A stretch of 61,282 nucleotides of DNA, the filler included, from Sphacelaria rigidula (Eukaryota), in the NCBI GenBank assembly GCA_964200075.2. It is 7 parts of 7 records of this genome, joined end to end, with 100 filler letters (N's around TTAATTAATTAA, not from the genome) between each part and the next. Parts side by side here need not be neighbours in the genome. Positions count along the whole stretch, not along the records: positions 17,541 to 26,209 come from CAXNAA020010443.1; positions 26,310 to 34,978 come from CAXNAA020010444.1; positions 35,079 to 43,747 come from CAXNAA020010445.1; 4 more parts are not named here. One strand, 5' to 3'. Each line of letters starts with the position of its first letter. Positions within the stretch are counted from its first letter, which is position 1. The notes beneath the pieces were generated by a model. The model worked only from the letters and a program-made list of their open reading frames with translations. It had not been told where the DNA came from and searched no databases. Position numbers and translations under genes: made by a program. This document shows, piece by piece, positions 24,040-35,260 of the stretch.

Positions 24040-25992
24040 GTGGCTCGCACATGATGGGTGTTCACACCTGAGGGAAGCACAAACCACAACCACGAAACTA
24101 AACTCCACAATTGGAAGTCATCTATTGACTTGGCCTCAGGGAAAGCACAAAACCAGTGCTGCTGGTCAAAATTTGATCATGATTGAATACCACGCACATA
24201 CTGTTCGTCGGCGCACGACCAGAATCAGCGAATAATATCGCGACCACCGCAGTATACAGAGAGAGCGGTGCAACACAAGTACGAAGCGGTTCGGCACGGA
24301 ATACTCATCGATCTGTTACGTACTTTCGTCATACTTTTGACCCTTCGCCATCCCCGGGATAAGTCCGTAATCTAGACGGACCAACCTATCTCTCCTTCAA
24401 TACATGCCCGATACCTTGGTATCGCAGATTCGATCAGCAATTCTGCACCGTGTCGACTTTTGTCATTGTCTTTGCTATTCATTTCCTCACGTTTTTGGCT
24501 ACTAATGGAACTTGCAACTCGAGAAGTAAAACATAGGGCTGTAAATCTTGGAAGCAAACCTATTCCGTTGCCCTAACTAGGGTTCAAATGTACCCTCTAT
24601 ATCTCCGATCAGGGCGCGGCGGCCAAAGCTATCGATAAGGGGCTATATTCATCCGGATGAATCATACTTTCGCCAAGCCTTCACCATGTCTCAACATCAC
24701 GCAGAACAAATGACGCATGTCCGCCACGCTGTCAAACGTGCGTAGAGCGACTGGCACCCCGAAGGATCGAAAACATCGGGTACACAACAAGCTACGTACC
24801 ACGGTGCAATTGCCACGGACATTTGTCGACGATGTAGACTGAGGAGAAATGAGCTGTAGGCAAACTACCGAATGTCTTCATGCGATGAAAACTGCCGAAT
24901 GTCTTCATGCGATGGCGATACTCAAGTGTAGCACACTCACCCATCCTCGCCGCATATCTTATCGCCGTATTGGACGCGACGCATAGCTGAGGTACGATGG
25001 TTACCGCACCGTACCACAGGCTTAGTCCCGTCAAGACTGTGTGGGGGCGGTGTTCGGCAGCCTATAGCATGGCATACCATTCTGCGTGCATCACCTGACC
25101 AGTAGCGCAAACCGGCAAAAGACGGCACAAGAAACATCACGCGCACTCTATAGATGAGTGCACAAGCAAACAAACCGCCATTCGGGGGGTGATATCGACG
25201 TTTGCGGTGTAGAAACAAGCCACACCGTTAGGAGTGTACTGCTAAGGATCGTGCAAGTGTCCTATTCCTAACCTTCGGTATGCGCCAGAAAAATGCCGTA
25301 TCACGATGGACACCTCGATACAAGGTCGCCTGAAATCAGGTGCATGGGGGTTTCCCCTCAACTGATCCTGTCGTACTTTACCTGCAATAATACGAGTAGG
25401 ATCGTTGTCTTTTTTTCTTTCTCCGTACACAACTGGTGATGTGCCCACTTCCGTTCGCCCACTAGGGGAAGAGACCTTGAGCTGGGCGAATCTCTCTGCG
25501 GGCGGAAGTGGACTTCTTTTCCCGCGTGACACCTCCCCGGAGCTGTCCCTATATTACGCGACAAATACACGAGAAAGGGGGTTGCACGCGATACGTGTGT
25601 ACGGTGCATGGTCTCAGCCTGTGACAGTGCCAGGCTCACTGCTGTACCGGTACATTGAGTCTCCACAAACAATGCCACGCTCCCAGCAGCCCGTTTATTG
25701 AAATCAGAGGCACACGCAGTCTGAAGCGGGAGAGAAAGCGCTCATACCTCAACGAATCGTATTAAGCGAGCCATCCAGCTTATCAACTTTCTGTTTCAAG
25801 CTCTGAGTGTTCTTCGCTTTCAGTCTCCTTGACAAATAGCCCTCTTTACCAGACGTGCGTTTAATGATGCGTCAGAACACAAGATCTTACAAATTGGGGA
25901 TGGATCTTTTTTGGGGGATTAGAAAGCCGGAGAATTAAAACCTTTGTATCCATGCAAATTCTTCGAAGTATGGTGTTCCATTTCTTCACCTA

Positions 25993-26207
25993 CTGACAGC
26001 TATTTACAACTGCTACACGCCATAGAAATTTGGATTTCGATCACCGAAATGTTGGGATTCTAGGTGGAAAACCATTTTTGGGGAATTCTGGGTGTCCGAA
26101 CGGACATCACTATGGTTCCGAAATTGATTTTTCACCTGGGACCCCAACCTTTCGGTGATCGAAATCCAAATTTCTATGGCGTGTAGCAGTTGTCAAATAG
26201 CTATCAG
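25993..26207. mobile_element. Foldback MITE with TA target, ending at the contig end
   Basis: TA|CTGACAGCTATTTACAACTGCTACACGCCATAGAAATTTGGATTTCGATCACCGAAA ... TTTCGGTGATCGAAATCCAAATTTCTATGGCGTGTAGCAGTTGTCAAATAGCTATCAG|TA. Confidence 0.9.
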
Positions 26208-26209
26208 TA

Positions 26210-26309
26210 NNNNNNNNNNNNNNNNNNNNNNNNNNNNNNNNNNNNNNNNNNNNTTAATTAATTAANNNNNNNNNNNNNNNNNNNNNNNNNNNNNNNNNNN
26301 NNNNNNNNN
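26210..26309. other. Artificial contig-join linker
   Basis: N44-TTAATTAATTAA-N44. Confidence 0.98.
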
Positions 26310-26777
26310 CCTAATAGAGACACCTCCAACATTCTGGCGCTCATTATTGTTCGGGGGGGTGGGGGGGGGCAGGAGGTACTCGTTTGTTGCTTGCCTTCGT
26401 CATTTGACCATTGACCACGCATCCCTTTCGAGACGGAGCAGAGGAGAGAGGATACCGTTCCAACTTAGATGTGTGATGACCTGATGTCCTGACTGATTTG
26501 GCATTACTGTTTTTGGGTAACAATCTCCCAATATCTCCTCTTCATACGGTACGCACCGCCAACGATCATCCCTCCTTAGCTGGTACAGCACAGTACAAGA
26601 GAGTAGCCATGGCTGCACCGAATGTGTGTCCCAAACCGATCCAGGAGATCACAGAAAACAGTTGCCGATAGGCATCCCTACAGGGAGTTGGCCCTACAGT
26701 AGGAGTTATCAGCGGCGCTCCTCTACATTTCGAAGACTTTTCGCGGTCATCGGGAACAGCGGCATAGCCAGAAACAA

Positions 26778-26900
26778 ATGTGTGTGTGTGTGTATTGCCG
26801 TCCCGTCCATGATGGACGCCAGGTCTCACCTTTCGGTTTATGTAGGCGCATCAGCCAGGGTCATACAGGAGGAAGCTCAACACAGAAGTTTCTGCTCCCT
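26778..26900 (+). mobile_element. (TG)n-flanked SINE-like dispersed repeat
   Basis: TGGACGCCAGGTCTCACCTTTCGG...CAGCCAGGGTCATACAGGAGGAAG.TCAACACAG; reverse-complement copy at ~29715-29830. Confidence 0.7.
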
Positions 26901-27010
26901 CCGTTCCGTAATATAAGCTGGATAAGGATTTTCTGAATGTAAGCGTGGTCTGTACAACTCGGAGTATATGCTTGAAAAGTAGGTCATTTAGCCACTGCGG
27001 GACGTCGATC

Positions 27011-27173
27011 AGAGAGGAGGTGATTCGGTTTCTCCCCGCCGGCAGCGAAGATGGGATTCTTAAGCGAAGTGCGTACCAGGCAGCCGAACTTCTCCGCGGC
27101 TACCTGGTACGCACTTCGCTTAAGAACCCCCATCTTTGCTGCCGGTGAGGGGGTACTGAATCGCCTCCTCTCT
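27011..27173. repeat. ~163-bp hairpin / foldback element
   Basis: TTCTTAAGCGAAGTGCGTACCAGG pairs with CCTGGTACGCACTTCGCTTAAGAA; outer arms AGAGAGGAGG / CCTCCTCTCT. Confidence 0.85.
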
Positions 27174-29589
27174 TTCCAAATCGTTGAAATTCTTGCGTTT
27201 TTTGCACCAGGAAGGCGCTCCCAACAGGTGATGGACATGCCTGCCTCACCATACGATGGGAAGGCTTTTGACCGGAGGTGCAAAGTGAGGGTGGTGATTT
27301 CGAGCTACTTCTGCTTAGGGTGGGAGAACCTTTTTTGGAGGGAAATTAGAAGGAAAAAAAAAAAAACTGGTCCTGGCCGAAGCACGTGAAAGAAACGAAA
27401 CCGAAGGAAAACACGTTTCGAACAAAAAAAGTAATGTAGACTGGAGTTAGACCGCATTTGGTCCTTATTTTATCCAGCTTATAATTCCGAACGAAGGGAG
27501 TATTTTTTTTCATGTTTTCTCAGTACTCCACTTTCCTTCTGCGGTGCTTGCCTCACACTTCATCGCGAGAACGGCTCCGCAGTCCCTTTCCCTCGTCGAC
27601 CGTGCAGTCGAACTTACAATAACAGTAGGAGTAGGCGTGCGCATCTGCCGCGGTGTAGATTGGCGGAGGTATGGACTGCTGCGGCGCATGTCTTCCTCTT
27701 CAAGGTTGCGGGATTCAGCGCTCAACGGGGCGTGCAGTACATGTATGTACCATCGCAGTGGAATCGGAAAGGGGATAGCTCCCGGCTCAGAGTTGTACTT
27801 TGTGGATGCGGAAGACATCCTGTATATGCCACCTAGTGTTTGTCACCGAATTACCCTTGAAGAATCGATTCCCCTGTCGTCAGAGGGAATGGGTAATCGA
27901 TTCGCCAAAATAAGAAAAAGTTGTAATCGATGTACTATAGGGCCGGGCTCACCAACCCTAGCGGCCAAGGGGTGAAGTATATATATATATATATGTAGAC
28001 CCCGGTGCCATGATGCTCCGCTGCTTGTGGGTAGGGGAGCGAGGACCGAATACGGAGGCGTAGCCATGGGAAAGTATCGTGCATGACGAAGTAATCCTCT
28101 GCGTCTTTTACCCTACTGTGCGCTTGCGATGCTGCACCGTCTGTGCTGTGGTGTACCCAACTGACTGTGTGATACAACTAGCTGCGAATATAACGCAAGG
28201 GAGGTCATCATGTCGTGTGCCGACTGATTCGTGCTCAGGCGCGCCGGCGGAAGGATATATATATATATATATATATGTACATGCATCATTTCACTTTTTC
28301 AACACTTTTACTGAGTTTCCTCTGGTGACAAGGCATTTTTTTCCGCGCCTTCTCTTGCAGCGCACGAAGAAGGCTCAGCGGTACGTTACCGTTCAGGTTT
28401 GGGTGTCATCTGATACCTGTGGCGCGTGTTCTGGCCACCGAAAGTTGCTCAAACTGACCCTCTTTCGCGGGATGTCGATCCCGAACCACAAAAGCCCTTT
28501 CAAGATGATGGAAGACTTGGAACAGTGACCCGAACCATGAAAACCTGTTGAAGGCAGTGGAAAAGTTCAAAGAGGATTACTTTTGGCGGGGATTTTTTCC
28601 CCCGTGTTTCCATTTGTGGCGTTGTCGTTCATTTGGGAGCACGAACACATCGGTTGTGCCGCCAATGTCACGAGAACATGAGAGCAAAGCAGCTGAAAAC
28701 AGTTGAATATTGCCTTGGCCTTAGTCACCAGCAAACAGAAGACCGTGCAACGGGCCGTTGGCAAGTTGAACAAGGCACAGAAGCACGGCAGCACAAGAAT
28801 GTTTTGCCGCGAAAAACAATCACCCTGTTTAAAAAAAGGCCCGTGAATGAAGGCCTTACCGTCCAAAACTCCGTTGCCCACAAAAACAAAATTGGATGCA
28901 GACGGATATTGAAGACGATTTGAAGACGTCATAGACTGGTCGGGCCTGTCCCGAACCTGTGCCGAACACAACACACGCTCCATCCCAAGTTACCTAGGTT
29001 TAGTATGCGACAGCTGTAAAGTTTTTTATCGCTACTATCTCGAGACAGGAAGCAAACCGGCCTCTGGAAATTTACAGCCCCCCCCACACACACTAGACGT
29101 CGTGAGTTTGTCGGCGGCTGCTCAATTCGCCACAGCGGATCCGAAAAGCCCCAGAACGTTGCAAGAGACGTGTTTTTTAGTACGTTTTGTGTTTGGTGCA
29201 GTTGTTTGCAAAGCGCTGCGTCCTCCGCGGCACGCGTACGGAATCCGCTTGTCAAATTCACTAGTTCTGGTGTGTGGGAAGGGCACGCATCAAATCGCAG
29301 GCCAATCCTCTGCTTCGCTGCCGAGAAAATAGAGTTGAAAGATGAGCACAACAACATACTGCAACAAAAGGGGCACAACAACACGAGCAGCAGCTCCTAT
29401 CCTCCTGTTGTTGTAACCCTGTGTACAGGTGTACAGCAACGTCAGTCACAGGTGTGTTGTAAAATGTACGAAAGCAATATTAAATTTTGTTTGAGCGCCG
29501 TGGTCATTTCGAGTGACGCATGTTCTTATGGTTGATACTGATTGGCTCGTTTAGGTTTCATTTCTTCTGCATTCCACTGATTGTGGAGT

Positions 29590-29830
29590 TGATCGGTAAA
29601 AATGTGACTAAACGGTCGACGCGTGAAAGGGACTGCTGAACCCCTCGCGCGATAAAAAATAAAAAGGCAAGCGCCACAGAAGGAAGGTGGGGTTATAAAA
29701 ACAAATAAATAAAAGCTCCTGTGTTGACCTTCCTCCTGTGTGACCCCGGCTGGTGCGCCCATATATACCGAAAGGTGTAGACCGGCGTCCAGAATATATG
29801 GGACGATAGCACACACACACACACATACAC
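29590..29830 (-). mobile_element. SINE-like dispersed repeat (second copy, longer)
   Basis: Reverse complement contains (TG)n...CTGGACGCCGGTCTACACCTTTCGG...CAGCCGGGGTCACACAGGAGGAAGGTCAACACAGG. Confidence 0.7.
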
Positions 29831-30147
29831 ACATCGGTCCATTTTCCCGGTATATAGTGCCCAAAGTCGGGTCCCATTGACGGGCATAACAGTGATGTAC
29901 GACGAATGCCAAGAACGTTCCACGCATTCCAATTTTTTGGGAAGTGTCTCCCGCGCTCATGTCTTTGTGGCACCAGAGCGACTTCGCACTCTGGCACCTC
30001 GAAAATACCACACATGTCCTAGGCCGACGGTTCCGCTGTCGGCCTCCGTCCGAGGTCCCATATTTCCGAACGACATCCGGTAACGCATGCGATGTTTTGT
30101 ACAGCCATAAACACTCCTGTACATTGAGATACAACAGCCTTTCTTAA

Positions 30148-30247
30148 CCCTTGGACCGCCATGCGGGTAGTCCATCTGGATCACGTTACTTTTTTCAAGC
30201 GAAATTGATGCCGATTCAGCAGGTGACCTACCGTCGCGGTCGAAGGG
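30148..30247. mobile_element. piggyBac-type MITE, same family as 3335-3435
   Basis: TTAA|CCCTTGGACCGC...CGCGGTCGAAGGG|TTAA; internal AAATTGATGCCGATTCA is the reverse complement of TGAATCGGCATCAATTT. Confidence 0.85.
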
Positions 30248-33200
30248 TTAACCATTTATTTTCGACTTGCATCCCCCCCGGGAGGCCCGTACCAGCCTCC
30301 CAAAGGGGAACCTTGTATATATATATATATATATGTAGAGAGACCATTTGGGTGCTGGGGTTCCACAGATTGACACACCTAGGCGGTTAGAGTTTTAGCG
30401 AGCGGCGATAGCCGTTGCAAGTTCTACTCCGTACTGCAGCTTGCCGTCGGAGGGGAAAACCAGCTCGTTTTCTTATACCCGCGAGACCTGTGTTGAAGTG
30501 AAGACACAGTCTATCTTGATAAGTGTATATAGCTCACCCGTTAGACCCTCAATTGTATTCCACACCCTCGCTCATGTAGACACTTGATCGAGCTCGCCGA
30601 TGGATTCTTATCTGCCGAGCAAGTTCAAACATTGGTTGTAGAGAGGGGAAACTACGCCGGATAATACAAGGGGTTTCCAGTCAAGTTTGTTGTGAGGCAA
30701 AGGTCGGGAGATCGTATGGGTAACGGCACGGTTTGGGACGGGGTGAGTATGGCGGGCTCTCGTTTTCCACTATTTTGGATGAGAAACATTTCGGATCTCC
30801 ACTTGCTCCCTGAGTTTTGGTTCAGGCATGTGACATCACAAGAAGGTTTAGCAGCATGGAAAACACGCGCGCGCGCGCGCGCACACACACACACACACAC
30901 TCTAGTCCGCTTATATTGTGGCACAGATTTTGGTAGGCCCTTGATAGTGCAGACGTGCGGACAGTTTTGAAGGCATGAGATTCGGCATTTTTTCTTGTCT
31001 GTATGCAGACTAGATACTTTTTTTCTCAACAACTTCATTTATCACACCACCGACATATTCCTTTTTTGCGCTACGCTCTCATGTTCGCTGGACGTTGCTT
31101 TTGAACGTACGCCCTGTTTTTCAACCTTGATAAAAAAGGGTACAACGCCGTGCCACAATATAAGCGTCAAGACCCACATTTGGGTTTCTGTGGCCGTCCA
31201 GTCGTGCCTGTGATGTTTGTAGTGAGATTGTAGGGATACTGGTGTAAAAAAAAAAAAAAGTTCAATGAATATCAGAGTCCCGCGGAAGCTGTGTCACAAG
31301 ATACATCCAAACGTGCTTATATTTTGGGACGTAGTGATGGGGGAAAGAACAGCGTACGCCTTCCCCCTCAGTCTTCTGTTCCGACGAAACTTTGCTATGG
31401 AGTCATCATCTAGAGATCGAGATTAGTTATTATCTCTCTCGAGTATACCTGAAGTCGTAGATGGACTCTGTTCAACATTTGCGAGCATTGTCACACGACC
31501 GGCGTTTACAGGTGCCTCGTGCCCACGTCTGTCCATGTTCCTGAAGTGACCCAAAGAAGTGTCGAGTGAGCTTTTTCACTCCTCCCCGTTCTATTCAAAA
31601 TCATGTGTGATTTTTCAGTTCTGTCGTCCGCTTCACGTATGATCATGTGCGGGTTGTGCGGCAGAGAGCGATGATACTTATTGATGCACCGAAGTCATGC
31701 CGCGACAGGGGGGAGGGGTGTTTGATTCCACCAAAAAACAAGGGGTCATAGGTATGTCCGACGACCTATAATGACACACTCGCGATGCGCTAGTATATTT
31801 GGGTGAAAAACGGTGCCAAGCGGCATGAATGAGCGTTAATTAAAGGTAACAAGCGCGTTCAAATAACCGTTGCTGCTTTCAACGACGATTTGACGTCAAG
31901 TTTCGTGTAAAAAATGGCCCAAAATATCCCCTTCCCCTATCGTAGCATGATGCACCGGCTTGAGTGCATCGGCCGAGCCGGGTCGCCATGTCAACGGCCT
32001 ACTGGTGGTACCATAGATGCCGTTTCGACATCAACCGTGTCGTTTCGGCGTGTAGTGTGCCCTTCCGGAATAACGAAAGTGCCGGTTCACCAATCAGCGT
32101 AATCATGGCACGTCTTGGGCGGGGACATGTTCCGGTTCGGGATATTTGGTCACAGGCCCAGCAGGTTACACATGGCCCACGGAATGATGCATATCCTTTC
32201 CCGAGTTAAGAACGATCAAAAACGATTTTCAGCTTTGCGATCGGATTGAGAAGATGGACATGTGAGAGTTTGTCTTCCAGCGCTTACAAACAGCCTCAAC
32301 AAGTTCTATAAGGTTGGGGACTACTGTACAACTTGTTGCATGAATGCCGTGTGCTCACATACACTCTGGCTCTGTATCCTTGAACTGCTTCCTGTCCATG
32401 TTCTGCTCTGCTTCTGTATGGGTGTGTGGGTGTTTTCTATTTTATTATTTTCTTCTCTTCTTCTTTTGATTTAGCCTGCACTTGGTTTTCATGTCTCCTT
32501 CCTGGAGGATCGGTCGGCGGATTAGAATTCCTGCCTAATATAAATGGTGCCGGAGCTCATTACCTGGCTCACGACCTAATTCGACAGTCTTGTTTTTTTG
32601 TACGGCCTTCGTACATGACTTCCTCTTATGGGCATGTCAGGCTATTTTTTCTGAGGATCGGTACTAGTTGTGAGCGTGGCATCGACGTCAGCTTTCTCTG
32701 ATTCGCCCCCCCTTCTTTGTCATTTTTATATTCTTCACTTTTATTTATTTCATTTTATTTTCTCGAGTCTTCACCAGGCGAGTGCTTCCACTTTTTTTCG
32801 TTGGGCATGTGTGATCTCGTGGCACAACGCCGATACAATTTTCGCAGTGAAATGTGAGAATCAACCAATCAGAGGCCTTTCAGTGAGGAACCGGCGGAAT
32901 CTAATGTCAATGAAATGCGAGCTTCGTGCTGAATTATGTAGTGAAAAATGCTCGTGATTGGATCGCAGATCCGAGTCCACACCTGTAGTGTACGCCGGCA
33001 CGGACAGAACAGCAACAGCGAAACGGATCTGCAAGCAGACAAGGAGACAGCGAGTGGTAAATTCCCGCCACAGTGGGTCATTGCGATGCTCGTGTCCACG
33101 TATATCCCCATCTTACTATGTCTAGTTGTGTCTTTCCGTGACTGCGAGCGCTGGCGCCGATGCCAGCGGCAGCAGCCATGCTGACGGGTGCAAGCAGTAC

Positions 33201-33824
33201 CCTGGCGGTGCAGTAAATCCGCACTGTGTTGTGCGTTGCTCCTTACATCGGAGCGCGGGGTCTGGCCCAGCCGGTCGAGCAGTGTGTACCGGCGTTGGTT
33301 GTGGGTCTTTATCCAGCCATGTTCGGTATCGCGCAAGTGATGGGTCCGGGTAACATGAAGTTTTCAACAGACAGTCAAGTGTGTATACCGCACTGCGTCC
33401 CGACTGATACCGTGTTATACAGAGAGACGAACACAACCACACAGCACCTCAAGCAATCTCAGCGGAGAGCAAACCATCTTCGCAGGGTCTAAACACACCA
33501 CAGAACAGTGATATAGCTACAGCACATCTGAGACCGGACGTGAGTGTGTTTGTGCTGCAGTACAGACAATAATGGCGCTTCGCACAAATAATTGAACTCA
33601 CTACACGATCATCCCCATGTATGGGTCGTGTTCCGATCTTGTGACCGCGAGTGGAGTCGTAAAATGACAGAACTAACGAAATCCACACAATCATGGCCAA
33701 CCCTCCCCCCTTCATCCATATGCAAGATGATCAGAACCCTTCGGGCCGACCAGTCTCAGTAGGGTGTAGGTTACTCTTCATGCGACTCGCCAAACACACC
33801 ACGGTGTTTCGTGCTTGGTGATTG

Positions 33825-33950
33825 ACCCCGAGCCTGGTCCTTCGAAAACCCGACGTGCTCTGTCCCGGTATTGTAGGGATGCGAGGTCGATAATTTGATG
33901 ACTGCGGCATGCAAGATCATGAGTATCCCCGCCCCCCCCCCCCCCCCGTG
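33825..33950 (+). repeat. Fragment of a putative LTR / retroelement 5' region
   Basis: AGCCTGGTCC..CGAAAA.CCCG.CGTGCTC.GTCCCGG...TAGGGATG...TGCAAGATCATGAGT matches 40828-40935, which lies upstream of the gag. Confidence 0.6.
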
Positions 33951-34978
33951 AACAACATGTTCATTGTGAGCGGACACCCAGGGGTCGAGATTACAGTGAT
34001 CGACGTCTGAGCACATCGCGATGATACTTTTCAGTGGCCGCGTTCAATCTTTCATGCATCGGTTGCCTGTGTCTGAGTTTATGTCGAGCCCCATACCTTG
34101 CACTTTTTCACGGTTCGGACGAATCATTGCCGGTTCGAATCACCAAATCCACGAGTTCATAGGCCTGACTGATCGAAGGGGAGAAGAAAAGTTGACAGCT
34201 GGTCAAACAGGTCTCCACGCAACGTTTACGCCATTCCACGTCCCTGGGCTTCGCGTAGCTGGGTTGCAACGCTGAAAACAAAGCGTGAGGATTGATTCGT
34301 ACGGCACGAATCAATCACACTAAAATCAAGTAACGTCTGGACGAATCGTTGATTCGTCCGACCCTTGCACTTTTCCAAGCCTGATGATCTGCCAGACAGT
34401 CTTCTTATCTCCCTGTTTTGGAGGTTTTTGTTCCCTGTAGTAGTAATGTACTCACAGGTCTGTAGTCTGCAAGTCGGGACGGGTGATGTTTTATCTTTAT
34501 CCCAGTCGCAATGACTGCATCAAACGTAGCTCACCACCCTCGTACATCCCGCATGATCTCATACATCCGCCTTGGAGCACAGCAACATTGACGAGGGCAG
34601 CTAACGCCCCTCTTCGACGGTTGGTCGGTGGAAAACGTTACGTCGGTTCTCCTGTTGTCCCCGGGAAAAACGTGAGGAACACGAGAGGATGGCACAGTTC
34701 CGCCGACGGTTATGGCCCTTTTGCATCTTTTCGTGTCCCACCCTGTCTCCCGCGTCTCATGGTGTCACAACAACAGCATGAGCGCCCAATATCATGATCA
34801 CCGCATGAGCAGCAGAACTCGCATCTACAGTGCAATGCGGTGCCGTTGTGGTCGTGCGTGCGGTATCGGGGCTGTGGGTGCACCAAAGTGCCCGAAACAG
34901 CAACCAGTGAGGATTTGGGGGGGGGGGGGGGGGGGGCCCCTTTTTTGGAAAGAAGGGGAGGGGAAGGGGTGCCCGGGG

Positions 34979-35078
34979 NNNNNNNNNNNNNNNNNNNNNN
35001 NNNNNNNNNNNNNNNNNNNNNNTTAATTAATTAANNNNNNNNNNNNNNNNNNNNNNNNNNNNNNNNNNNNNNNNNNNN
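34979..35078. other. Artificial contig-join linker
   Basis: N44-TTAATTAATTAA-N44. Confidence 0.98.
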
Positions 35079-35260
35079 CCCCCCCCCCTGTCCTGCGTCG
35101 CAAAGCCCGGCGCCACCCAACGACACCCCCCAAACCCCCCCCGCCACCCTCCCCCCCCCCCCCCCCCCCCCCCTCCTCCCGCCTGTGCACTCGCCTACTC
35201 ATCAAATCTGTTGATTTTTGTTCTCCTACTTTCTCCTGGCTGGTTGATCGGTTGATGAAG

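Larger units (their letters stand above)
28275..30315 (+). repeat. Copy of a ~1.3-kb dispersed repeat, split by ~1 kb of inserted sequence (matching parts 28275-28880 and 29895-30315)
   Basis: Colinear similarity to 44655-45980, e.g. AAGGCATTTTTT.CCGCGC, GTTCAGGTTTGGGTGTCATCT, TGCCAAGAA.GTTCCACGCATTCCAATTTTTTGGGA. Confidence 0.85.

Noticed and set aside
30491-30631. Possible short LTR (TGTTGAA...TTCAAACA)
   Set aside because: No target-site duplication, second copy or adjacent retroelement ORF visible.
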